From Eledone cirrhosa (taxonomy: Eukaryota), in assembly GCA_964016885.1 (NCBI GenBank), contig OZ024740.1, forward strand, positions 235,476,001-235,540,000: 64,000 nt of DNA, in the 5' to 3' direction. This document shows positions 49,857 through 62,159 of the stretch, piece after piece. The notes under the pieces were generated by a model. The model was not told the DNA's origin. It did not search any database and worked only from the letters and a program-made list of their open reading frames with translations. Position 1 is the first letter of the stretch, and every line of letters starts with the position of its first letter. The position numbers and the translations under genes are program-made.

Positions 49857-51121
49857 TCTATATAATACTAAAAGTCTGTGATTGCTTGCTTGCTTGTCTG
49901 TAATGTAATACAGCCAAAAGGGTGCATGATGGGAAAATACTTTGAAAGGAAGTTGACCCTGAAATGGGAATACAAATGGAATAAAACAAATTTCGCGTAT
50001 ATCAGACCGAGTTATGGGGTTTTTCTGGGTACCTTCATAAACAAAGAGAGAGAAAGATAGAGGAAGAGATAGTGGTTGTGACAGAGTAGATTGAAAGAGA
50101 GACATAGAGAGAGGGAGAGGAGACAGAGAAGGAGAATGGAAGAGAGCTGGTGGTGGTATTGTGTATATATATATATGTATGTGAGTGTGTGTGTGTGTGT
50201 GTGTAGATCACAGGCACCCACATATATATATATGCACACACACATACATACACATATATATATATATATATACACAAACACACATGTACACACATATATA
50301 TACACACACACACACATACACACACACTCACTCACTCACACACACGTATATACATATGGGCCTTCCAGTTTCATTTCACATTATATACATGTCTGTATAT
50401 ATTTTAATTATTTGAAAAATATTTTGAAGTGAACATGATTTACAAAAGATATTTTTAAGTGAACATGATTTACAAAAGATATTTTTAAGTGAAATGATTT
50501 ACAAAAAATATTTTTAAGTGAACATGATTTACAAAAAATATTTTTAAGTGAACATGATTTACAAAAAATATTTTTAAGTGAACATGATTTACAAAAGATA
50601 TTTTTAAGTGAACATGATTTACAAAAAATATTTTTAAGTGAACATGATTTACAAAAGATATTTTTAAGTGAACATGATTTACAAAAGATATTTTTAAGTG
50701 AACATGATTTACAAAAAATATTTTTAAGTGAACATGATTTACAAAAGATATTTTTAAGTGAACATGATTTACAAAAAATATTTTTAAGTGAACATGATTT
50801 ACAAAAAATATTTTTAAGTGAACATGATTTACAAAAGATATTTTTAAGTGAACATGATTTACAAAAGATATTTTTAAGTGAACATGATTTACAAAAAATA
50901 TTTTTAAGTGAACATGATTTACAAAAGATATTTTTAAGTGAACATGATTTACAAAAGATATTTTTAAGTGAACATGATTTACAAAAGATATTTTTAAGTG
51001 AACATGATTTACAAAAGATATTTTTAAGTGAACATGATTTACAAAAGATATTTTTAAGTGAACATGATTTACAAAAAATATTTTGAAGTGAACACGACCC
51101 AACGGGGCACATATGGTCTAG
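49857..51121 (+). mobile_element. Non-autonomous Helitron carrying an internal satellite
   Basis: 5' A|TCTATATAATACTAAAAG plus (GCTT)n; 3' cccaacggg hairpin then CTAG|T. Confidence 0.55.
50415..51094 (+). repeat. 30-bp tandem repeat, ~22 units
   Basis: aacatgatttacaaaa(g/a)atatttttaagtg; essentially one variable position. Confidence 0.97.
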
Positions 51122-51334
51122 TATATAATAATTCTTTAATCTCTACTTTTCCATGCTTATACATATACAGTGGCAGCTGCATATCATAATTATGGATTGT
51201 GTTTCAAACCAGTTATTGTTATCAAAATTAGAAAGTCTCAAACTACTTACTTTCTCTTTATGTTATCAGTTATTTAGTTACTTTCACTGAAAAGACTTCA
51301 CCCCTAAAGTGATCACAATAAACAGCTTTCACTG

Positions 51335-51420
51335 TACACTCACACACACACATGTACACACACACACATGCACACCCACTCACTCACACACACACACACA
51401 CACACATGCACACACACGCA

Positions 51421-51455
<35 letters not shown>

Positions 51456-51712
51456 ACATGCACACATGCACACACACGTGCACACACACACACACATACA
51501 CGTACACATACACACACACACGCACACATACACACACACATGCACACATACACACACCCATGCACACACACATACACATGCACACACACACACACACATA
51601 CACATACACACATACACACACACATGCACACATGCACACATGCACACGTGCACATACGCATACACACACACATGCACACATGCACATACACATACACACA
51701 CACACACGTGTG
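51335..51712 (+). repeat. Interrupted (CA)n microsatellite
   Basis: CA runs with TG/TA interruptions. Confidence 0.9.
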
Positions 51713-51879
51713 TCTAAAATTAACACATGGGACAGATGAGGGGCACAAATAATTTGGAGAAGATGGATTCATGGAGAATTTCCACCAGCTGTCTACTGGG
51801 TGTATTTGAGTGCTTTGAAAAGTCTTGCTACTCTACATAGGGCACTAATAGTCTCTAAGGAAAGAGAGCTATTTCGGAT

Positions 51880-51914
<35 letters not shown>

Positions 51915-52049
51915 AAGCATTGTAAATGTGGTTGGCATCAGGAAGGGCATCCAGCTGTAGAAACCAACCAAGCCAAAATCACTTCTGTCTGAGCGAATCA
52001 CGGTCCCCATCCTACCCATGGTAGCATAGAAGATGGACGTTAAACAATG

Positions 52050-52088
<39 letters not shown>

Positions 52089-52222
52089 TCATCATCATCA
52101 CCATCACCATTTTACATCCATTCAATATGCTAGCATGGGTTGAACGAGTTGTTCGGTTGTAGGCAATACTAGGTCAGGTAACCATGCTTTGCTTATACAG
52201 AACTGATTTTGGCTTTGTTTCT

Positions 52223-52253
<31 letters not shown>

Positions 52254-52769
52254 TACATACAGACAGACAGACAGACACATACACACATACACACACACAT
52301 ACAGAGAGAGCAATAAATAAAAGCACATGCATATGCACACACACACACATACATATATATATAGAGAGAACGATAAATACACACACATATATACAATCCA
52401 AAGAGGGAGCCGCTACATAACCATTTATCCTGCTAAAAATAGCTGACTGTCATCAGCAAGAATATAGTAGTTCTACATTCCCTGTAGAAATGGAGTGGTC
52501 ATGGCTGGAATGCCTTTAATCATGGGTCTGTTCAAACAGGAATGATCTGGGGCAAAACAAGAGCTTCTCCACTCTGTGTGTGTGTGTGTGAGCCAATTAA
52601 CACCATGTGCATTGCCCCTCATCTGATTAATTGATAATAATAATTTATGCAAAATTTATAATAATAATAAGCTTTGCAACATAAAGTTATGGCCCTTTAT
52701 ATTCTGAGTTCAAATCCTGCCGAGGTTAGCTTTGCCAGTTATTCCACATATAGATGGTAATTAAGTAAC

Positions 52770-53000
52770 ATTAGGGCAGTGGATTGGCAGTATCGGTAGA
52801 GCATCAGACAACATACTTTGCGACATAGAGTTGTGGCCCTTTACGTTCTGAGTTCAAACCCAGTCTAGGTTAGTTTTCCCTTTCATCCTTACAGGGCTGA
52901 TAAAAAAAAGCACCAAATAATGTACTGAGGTCGATTTAATCGACTTTCCTCTCCCCTCCAAAATTGCTGGCCTTGTGCCTAAATCAGAAACCATTATTAT
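52770..53000 (+). mobile_element. SINE family 1, long-tail variant
   Basis: Head, core and gtcgatttaatcgact insert; (ATT)n tail. Confidence 0.7.
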
Positions 53001-53356
53001 TAGGATTGGCCCATGTACTGCACAGTTGTGGCCAGTTACTAGAAAATTAAATTTGTGATGAAATTTCAGTTCTTGGTTGAGCTAGTTCTCTTTGCTCAAT
53101 TCCTTGTACTTTTTTCTCTGGTTGAGACACCTGAGATCTCTAACTCTCAATATTCAGTGAGATCTTCTCATTCCATGGTCGATTTTTTAACTCTACAGTA
53201 TTTCATTGTTTTCAACATGTTCCATTTTTCTACAGTCATCACTAGAAATGTGATATGAGCAAATCCAAAAACTCAAATCTCAGAAATGCTTCACTAATTC
53301 ATTTTATTTCACCCAGTATTGGAAATAAGGTATGAGCAAATTGAGAGTGCCAATCT

Positions 53357-53585
53357 TTAACCTTTTAGCATTTACATTATTCTATATTTACTATTGTATT
53401 TTTGTGGTGAAAGCTTTACCTCATGTAATTATCTCACATAATATCGAATCTATGAGATTTTGATGTTATTTATTTTGAGAATAATACCTTAACATCAATA
53501 TGAGTGGCTGGTTACAGCAGGTTTGAACAGAAAGAGGTGAGAGAATTCTAGCCGGATTTGGCCGGTTTAAATTCTAAATGGTTAA
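53357..53585 (+). mobile_element. piggyBac-type MITE
   Basis: TTAA-CCTTTTAGCATTT ... AAATTCTAAATGG-TTAA; second copy at 58891-59089. Confidence 0.6.
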
Positions 53586-54146
53586 TGATGCAATAATTCT
53601 AATGACAATAAAAAAGTAATAATGTCTTCCTTTGGCAGAAGATTACAGTTTTTTGTTGGATACAATCTTAGTATATGACTACTCCGAAGGTCTTGAACAA
53701 TCCCCCTCCCCCCTATTAATTTTTCATGACCCCACCCCTCACTGCTTTTATTCCAACTCCACCACTTATTGAATTTTGCTAACCTATCTCCGGCAAAATT
53801 TTATTGTTAGTGATTCATGTTGATACAAGAGCTGGAGAACCTAATAATTTTATTTTACATTATATATGACAAAAAAGGAACAATTACTGATTTCCCAAAC
53901 CCTCCCATTTATTCCGACGCCCCCCCCCTCCCCTTCCTGCTAATAAGAATTTAAGTAAATGCCCAACCCCTCCTATTATTTGGGATCTAAGAGTAGTTAT
54001 TTCATCAACTCTGGAGAGATGAAAGGTAAGGTTGCTAACCAAGATACTCTCATGGAATGACCAAATGAGGTTTATTTTTCAACATAGTCCCTGAAAAGAA
54101 ACAATACAGTTATGAATAAGAAGAGTTGAAATTAATGCATCCAATG

Positions 54147-54532
54147 GAGGCACATGGCTTAGTGGTTAGAGCATTGGCCTTGCAATCGAAAGGTTGTGAG
54201 TTCAATTCTCAGACCGGGTGATGTATTGTTTCCTTGAGCAAGACACTTTATTTCACATTGCTCCAGTTCACTCAGCTGTAGAAATGAGACGATAGGGACT
54301 GGGCTCCTTATCATTCCACTGCAAAATGGTCGTGGAGGTGCCACGGCAAAAAAGCACCCAGCCCACACTGTAAAGTGGACGTGGAGGCACCATGGAAAAA
54401 AACGCACCCAGCACTCACTGTAAATGAGGTTGGTGTTAGGAAGGGCATCCATCTGTAGAAATCAAGCCAGAATCAGTTCCCGTGCCACCCTTGCAAGCAG
54501 GGAAAAGCGGACGTAAAATGATGATGATGATG
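54147..54532 (+). mobile_element. Full-length SINE family 2
   Basis: As 7056-7399. Confidence 0.85.
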
Positions 54533-54839
54533 AAAGTGCTAGCATCACTCCTTCATTGTCAGCTTAGGAACCTTTCCGCCTACTATAGTACACTTTACTC
54601 ATTGTACTATCCATCACTATTATAACAAAAATGATAATTTCTCACATATGAACAAAGCCACATATTTTGGTGGTGTGCAATGGATCTAATCAATACCGGT
54701 ACTTGAATGGATCTAATCAATACCGGTACTTGAATGGTTCTATATTTAATTTGAACATAGAACATAAATGGTCATAATTAAAATCACAGAGTATTTTGTG
54801 TAGTGCTCAATTGATTCTACCATCATCTAATTACAACAA

Positions 54840-55163
54840 CAGCGTTTCCACTTTTGGCACAAGGCCAGCAATCAACCCCTGTACATTACTGGTGCTTTGT
54901 TTTATCGACCCCGTAAGGATGAAAGGCAAAGTTAACCTGGTGGGATTTGAACTCAGAATGTAAAGGGAATAATAATAATAATTGTTTCTACTTTTGGCAC
55001 AAGGCCAGCAATTATCCCAGTGCATTACTGGTACTTTATTTTATCGACCCCGTAAGGATGAAAGGCAAAGTTAACCTCAGTGGGATTTGAACTCAGATCA
55101 TAAAGGGACGTAACTCTATGCTGGAAAGCATGGCGTCCGACCCTCTATCGATACTACCAATCC

Positions 55164-55198
<35 letters not shown>

Positions 55199-55415
55199 TG
55201 TTTTTGATTTAGGCTCAAGGCCAGCAATTTAAGGGAGGGGAAAGTTGATTAAATCGACCTCAGTAGATTACTGGTGCTCTATTTTATCGGCCCCATAAGG
55301 ATGAAAGGCAAACCTCAACGGGATTTGAACTCAGAACGTAAAGGGCCACAACTCTATGCTACAAAGCATAGTGTCTGGTTCTCTACCTATATTGCCAACC
55401 AATCCACCGCCCTCA
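54840..55415 (-). mobile_element. Three consecutive SINE family 1 copies separated by (AAT)n
   Basis: 54840-54967, 54975-55165, 55195-55415. Confidence 0.75.
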
Positions 55416-55416
55416 A

Positions 55417-55882
55417 TAATAATAATGACAAAGCAACTATTCTCTGGGATATGCCAATACATATAGATGGAGATCAAAGCCAATCGACCAGACATTATAG
55501 TCAAAGACTACAAAGAAAAAAAAATGTTTTCTGATTGATGTATCAATCTCAACAGACGACAACATTTCTACCAAGGAATGAATGTGGAAAATGAAAACAG
55601 ACACAATACCTATAATAATAGGTGCTCTAAGAATGATAAAAAAAAACACACAGACAAATACATAGCCAAAACTCCAGACTCACAAATATATAAAACATGC
55701 AAAAAAATAACACTACTAGGCACCGCACACATATTATGAAGAATACTGTCAGTACAATTGAACACATACCACCAAAAACCACACTGCACATACTCAAGGT
55801 CCAGAGAGCTGTGCTCGGTAATGCAGTGATAACGTGAAAAATAATAATAATAATAATAATAATAATAGTAATAATAATAATA
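55417..55882 (+). mobile_element. R4/Dong-clade non-LTR element, 3' fragment with restriction-like endonuclease
   Basis: ATILWDMPIH..ANRPDIIVKD...CFLIDVSI...IPIIIGALR...QKITLLGTAHIL (frameshifted); flanked by (AAT)n on both sides. Confidence 0.75.
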
Positions 55883-56434
55883 ATGATGATGATGATTTTT
55901 TTTTCCTCAATAGTTTTCATCCTTTATGTTAGCTTGAAGCAGCAACTTATATCTTTCTTTTTTTCAATTGCTATCAATCGAATGATATCTTTATGTACAT
56001 CTGATAATACTTGACGAATCCAGAAGAATTCAAAAGTATTTTATATATTTATTTAATTTATTCAATCATTTCCTGACAATCATTTATCAAGAGGTTTAAT
56101 AGTCTGCCTTCTGGGGAATCAAGAAAAAAAGCACACTTAATCTCCAAGTGATGAAACAACAAGTCTGACATTATTTAAACATATGCACACATGGTAGGTT
56201 TTATGTCAAGAAACTGTTGATAAACATCTGTTTGATACAACTCGAGCTTTTGGGATAAAATCAGTTGAAGTTGTTAACGACACAATGTAGAATATGCCAA
56301 TATGTTTAGATCCTTTAATCTTTTCAGGATTAGAAGGTTTGTCCCTTCTTTGTGGCTGATGTTTTTTACTTATTGAATGTGGCTGATATTTTTTACATTA
56401 TTTAGTAGAGTGTTGTATTGACATTATTGAGATT

Positions 56435-56732
56435 TGGCAGTATCGGTAGAGGGTCAGACACCATGCTTTCCAGCATAGTTACGTCCCTTTACGGTCTAAG
56501 TTCAAAATCCCGTCGAGGTTAACTTTGCCCCTTACAGAGTCGATAAAATAAAGTACCAGTAATGTACTTGGTAATTGCTGGCCTTGTGCCAAAAGTAGAA
56601 ACAATTATTGAGATTTCAGTGTATTGACATTAAGAAGATAAGAAGACAAGGGCTGGCAGAAAAGTTCATAGGCTGATCAAGATACTCTGATGGAATGACC
56701 ACATGAGGCTTATTTTTCAACATTGTCCTCGG

Positions 56733-56768
<36 letters not shown>

Positions 56769-57960
56769 CAAAAAAAAAACAAACAAAAAAACAAAACAAT
56801 GCAGTTATTAATAAGAGTTGAAATCAATGGTATGCAAGATTTCACAGCTTTAGCAACGCTCCTTTATAATCAGCCTATGAACTTTTTAGTCAACCCTCTT
56901 AAGTCCATAACATCTCTATTTGTCAGTTGAGGCAGTTGATAACATACACCTGCAGTATCCTTTTCTTATTCTGGTGTTAAAACAACAACAACTACAAAAA
57001 TAATTTGAAATATAGATCTTATATGAGACCTAATTGGAGATTGATAAAGGCCTTATGGGAAATTAATAGACTTTATTATCAGAAATGTACCCCATATCAA
57101 TTTAAAGACCTATTCTTCAGCATTGAATCAGTGCTGATAATAATTGTTTCTACTTTAGGCACAAGGCCAGCAATTACCCAGTGCATTACTGGTACTTTAT
57201 TTTATCGACCCCGTAAGGATGAAAGGCTGATAATAATAATGGTTTGTGATTTAGGCACAAGGCCAACAATTGACAGGGAAGTGAAAAGTCGAATAAACCG
57301 ACTCCAGTGTGTTACTGGAGCTTTTATCGACCCCATAAGAATGAAATGCAAAGCGGGATTTGAACTCAGAATGTAAAGAGCTGTAACTCTATGCTGTGAA
57401 GCAGGGTGTCCGATGCTCTACTGGTACTGCCAATCCACCACCTTATTTCTTCTTTAGGCACAAGGCCAGCAATTTGTGGGAAGGGGAAAGTTTTGTACTT
57501 ATTTTTTCAGTCTTGAAAGGATAATAAAATAATTATTATTTCTAACATTGAGGATCCACCTGCCAATCCACCTCCACCGCCCTTATACAGTAATAATTGT
57601 TTAGTAATAATAATTGTTTCTACTTTTTTAATTGTTTAGTAATAATAATTGTTTCTACTTTAGGCACAAGGCCAGCAATTACCCAGTGCATTACTGGTAC
57701 TTTATTTTATCGACCCCGTAAGGATGAAAGGCAAAGTCAACCTCAATCATGATTTGTAACACTAAAATAATACCGATTTCTAATTTAAGCACAAGGTCAA
57801 CATTTTGTGTGTACTTGGGGGTGGTGGTGCGATGGGAAATGCTGATTTTACTGATTCTAGTACTTAGTACTTTATTTTATTGATATTGGAAGGATGAAAG
57901 GCAAAGTTGCCCTCTGCAGGATTTGAAGTCAGAATGTAAAAGAGTGTAACTATATGCTGC
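56435..57960. mobile_element. Cluster of SINE family 1 copies and fragments
   Basis: 56435-56608 (+); 57138-57227, 57235-57445, 57640-57745 and 57770-57960 (-). Confidence 0.7.
56647..56901. mobile_element. Mariner-derived MITE
   Basis: Inverted ends aagggctggcagaaaagttcataggctga / tcagcctatgaactttttagtcaaccctc; related fragment at 54040-54135. Confidence 0.55.
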
Positions 57961-58890
57961 AAAACATTAATAAGCTCTTAAATATTACTGGAATACTATA
58001 AGAATCTTGTTCTATAACTCTCAACAGAAGCGAAGGGGTGAGTAGTCTTGATAACCGCTAACGAGTAAGAAACAGGACTGTCGGTTACTCCTTTTGTTTT
58101 TCCCAAGAATAAGTAAGTGACATAGTCACTATTTTAAAATTCATAGCGAATGGTCTTCAAAATGTTTTTAATTAAACATACTGTGTATTATCAAATATAC
58201 TATACATACATTCATATATATATATATATATATACATGTCTCTACTTCAATGACAAATTTATTAAAGTAGCAAATACACCAATTAGAATTAGACCTTGGC
58301 TTAATATAAGGTTAGGATCCTTTCTAACACTTCCTTCAAAAGTATATGGAAACGCCATTTGAGACTATTGGGTGGGAGTAAGGTATTCTCAAACAGAAGA
58401 CCTGACCTAAATGCTTGCAACAGAGAGGACTCCATTAAAGGCACCAAAGGACCAAGTGCTGATATCAAATCAGGAAACAGATTAAGGCTACTACACTCAT
58501 AGACCTTGGTGGGATTTGAACTCAGAACACAAAGAGCTAGAATAAATACTGCAAATCATGTTGCTCAATGTTCTAACTAGTATACTAGTCCACTATCCTT
58601 AATACTATAATTATTGACCCTTGACCTCAGTGCAATTGTACCTCAGTGTGTCAGTAGCCAGAAGGAATACTGCAAGGCGTTTTCACCAATTCACAATACA
58701 TTTTTCTTGTATGGTTCTCTTGTAATTTTGTGTTTATAACTCTGTTGTTTGTTTGTCATTACTTTCTGTTTATATTTTTATTTAAAAATTAATTCGTCTT
58801 TGTATTTGCGAAAATTAAAAGGGAATGCACATTCACTGCCACCAGCATTGCAGTTAACACCTACCTCCTCCTACCACAAAGATAGTTATA

Positions 58891-59089
58891 TTAACTCTTT
58901 AACATTTACTATTATATTTTCACAGTAAACACTTTATCTCACATAATACCAAATCTATGAGATTTTAATATTATGTATTTGAGAACAATACCTTACCATC
59001 AGTATAAGAGGCCAGTTACAACCAGTTTGAAAAGAATGAGGTGAGAGAATTCTGGCAGGATACGGGCAATTTAAATGCTAAAGGGTTAA
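58891..59089 (+). mobile_element. piggyBac-type MITE, second copy
   Basis: TTAA-CTCTTTAACATTT ... AAATGCTAAAGGG-TTAA. Confidence 0.6.
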
Positions 59090-59180
59090 ATCACAAATAA
59101 ATAAAGTAAATGGATCTTTGCAGAAATATATGTACACAATAAAAATGTCTCGGGATGAATCGTCTCTTCTAACCCATTAC

Positions 59181-59209
59181 CTAGGGTGGAGCTTTAAATA
59201 TTCTGAAAA
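59181..59209 (-). CDS. Candidate 29-nt microexon (FSEYLKLHP-R)
   Basis: ~40-nt polypyrimidine tract, aaacag acceptor, AG|gtaatg donor; only one open frame. Confidence 0.25.
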
Positions 59210-59547
59210 CTGTTTGTTGGGGAAAAGAAGCAAAAGGAAAAAGAAAATAAAAAGAAACGTTTTTTCCATTAAGTAATCCTGGGAAAAAAAAAAATCATCT
59301 AAGCAGAGTTCTGTGAAATGCAACCATTCACAGCAAGCAACAATAATAACAATAACTACAAACTCAACAACTAGAACAAAAACCTGCTGTTCATTCAAGC
59401 ATTTTAAAATTAAAACACACACACACACACACACACACCACACACCACACACAAATTGTTTTTTTTTTCTATCTTAAAACAATTTTAGAACTAATAAAAT
59501 GGAAATCATATTTCTTTTCCTATAATTTTTTCCTGGTAATTTCTTTA

Positions 59548-59586
<39 letters not shown>

Positions 59587-60269
59587 TATTTGGTAGAGTG
59601 GCTGAGTTGTTAGAGCTGTCAGACAATGCTTATCAATATTTGTTTGCTGAGATTAGCTTTGCCTTTTATCCTTACGGGGTTGATAATATAAAGTACCAGC
59701 AATGCACTGGGGTCGATTTAACTGACTTTCTCTGTCCTCAAAATTGTTGGCCTTGTGCCTGAAATTAGAAACCCTTATTATCATTATTGGGTATGGTATC
59801 TGGAATGTTGTAAAATGTGCACAGCTCTCTACTGATAGAGCAATGGAGTTAGTGCTATATCAACCCTTGTTTCTATGAAGGATTAGGGAAGACTCTAAAT
59901 GTTGATGAAATTCAACTCAGAGACTATGGACAACTTCCATAAATCATTTCAGGCCTAGAATTATTGGTTTGGGAATCAACTCTATACGTGTGTTTGAGAT
60001 ACATGCAGCATGACAAAACCATTCTGCATACCCTTATTCAGTGTACAAACTTAACTGACTTGTGGGGTTATGTAAAACTGTTGTTATATGCATAACAGAT
60101 CAGTCTGTTATGTGAATTTCTTGCATGGATCACCCTGCCACTTTCCTTTATCGAGCAGGAGCAGGCGGATTTCCTCTATCTGATGGTCTTGACAAAAGAT
60201 TGTTTAATAGGCAAGGCTGAGAGGATTGAGGGCAGACACTTCTCTTCAGTCAAGTCCTCATCACCTTCC

Positions 60270-60822
60270 TCAGAATTTGCATCACCAGTCTGGAACCCCT
60301 ATCTTGCTCAGAACATTGACCGCCTGGAAACTGTTCAGAGACGTGCAACCAAGCGAATACCCTCCATCAGGCATCTACCATACTCTGAGCGCCTTGCTTC
60401 CCTGGGCATGGATACATTGAAGCTCCGACGCCTGGCAACTGACTTGGTAAACACCAACAAAATTGTTAACCATGTTGCCAACAACAACCCTGAGTACCTT
60501 TTTGATTTCCATGTGTCTAACACACATGGACATGCCCACAAAGTAAGAAAACAGCACAGTTCCCATGACTTTCGGAAACATTTTTTCACGCTCAGAGTTG
60601 CTGAAGCATGGAACAAACTACCTGCATCAGTTGTTAGCTGTCGAGACACTGCATCCTTTAAGGCCTCCATGCTTCCCGAGATCCGCCAACACTACAGCTA
60701 ACACATACACACATGTACTTCCCTGACATTTGTGTATTAGTCTATGTACTATACATACACCTTTGACGAGTTGTAGTGCACCTGAGCACTTTACACAATA
60801 ATTTCATTATTATTATTATTAT
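60270..60822 (+). mobile_element. CR1 LINE 3' fragment
   Basis: EFASPVWNPY...LETVQRRATK...YSERLASL...LRR...GH...RKHFFTLRVAEAWNKLP; (ATT)n tail. Confidence 0.85.
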
Positions 60823-61164
60823 TAAAAGAAAAGGGAAAGTAGAAAGAGAGGTGCTGCTCTCCAGTGAATTTGCTGAAAGGTGGGTTAGAGTAACAAGGGT
60901 ATCTGCCTGAATTTGCTTATTTGCAACATGCATCTTTAAGCTGGAGAACATAGCTTGGAGAGAGCAACTAACCCTTAGTAGTCAGGGTAATCCTGAATTT
61001 GTACCATTTCTTGATTGATACAAATGGCTACTCCCTCAACTCTCACAACTCATGGGGATATATCATTTAATACCTTTTGTATACTATTGTTTTTCAAACC
61101 TGTTTTCTTTTCATAATCAATCAATTCTGTGTGAAGCCCCACCATTATTGTCATTTGTCTTTGT

Positions 61165-61392
61165 TGAGGGCGGTAAATTGGCAGAACCGGTAGAGCATTG
61201 GACGTCATGCTTCACCAGCATATAGTTACGGGCCTGAGTTCAAATCTAGTTCAAATCTCGCCGAGCTTAGCTTTGCCTTTCATCTTTACAGGGTCGATAA
61301 AATAAAGCACCAGTAATGCACTGGGGTCGATTTAATCGACTTCCCCCTTCCCCAAATTGCTGACCTTGTGCTTATAGTAGAAACCATTATTG
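61165..61392 (+). mobile_element. SINE family 1
   Basis: 24-bp TSD accattattgtcatttgtctttgt (61141-61164 / 61383-61406). Confidence 0.8.
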
Positions 61393-62159
61393 TCATTTGT
61401 CTTTGTAATGTTCTCTTGGTGATTGTCCTTGTGGCAAATAAAAGGAATTATTTTTATTGATGTTGTTGTTGTTGTTGTCAGTGGCATCATCATCATCATC
61501 ATCGTCGTCATCTTCATCATCATAGTCGTCGTCGTCGTCATCATAGTCATCATCATCATCATCATAGTCATCACCATCATCATCATCATTGTAGTCATCA
61601 GTATTAGAAACAACAGCATCACATTTTCTAATTTTATATCTGAGAATCAATTTAGTTAATGTCTTGTTTTTGTGGTCTCTTTTTTTGTAAAATTTTATTG
61701 GGAGTCATGCTGCTTCCTACATTGCTAATAAAATATTTCTAAAAATTTAATTATTTTGAATTTGTAAAGAAATTAAGTGTTAGTAATTATACTTTATGGA
61801 ATTTATCTATTTTTTCTCTTTGTATTTTACATTGTGCTTCATTTGCTGTTGATCTGTTGTTTACTTTGATATCCAGCCTATCAAATCTCAGCATACATAT
61901 TTGTGGATCAATGTAAATGCTACTGCAACATCTTTGCACCCACATTTCAATATTTATTATACCACATACTAGTTATAATTGATATATATATATGTGTGTG
62001 TGTATGTGCATATATATATATATGTATGTATGTATGTGTGTGTGTGTGTGTATATATATATGTGTATGTGTGTATATCTATGTGTGTGCGTGTGTGTATA
62101 TATATATATGTGTGTGTGTATATATGTGTGTGTGTATTTATATGTGTGTGTGTGTGTAT

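Noticed and set aside
50408-51112. CKSCSLKNIF repeat protein, or a CRISPR array
   Set aside because: 30-bp tandem repeat without spacers; the open frames follow from the unit length.
53681-53995. DNA transposon with TACTC...GAGTA ends
   Set aside because: The inverted ends are too diverged and there is only one copy in the window.
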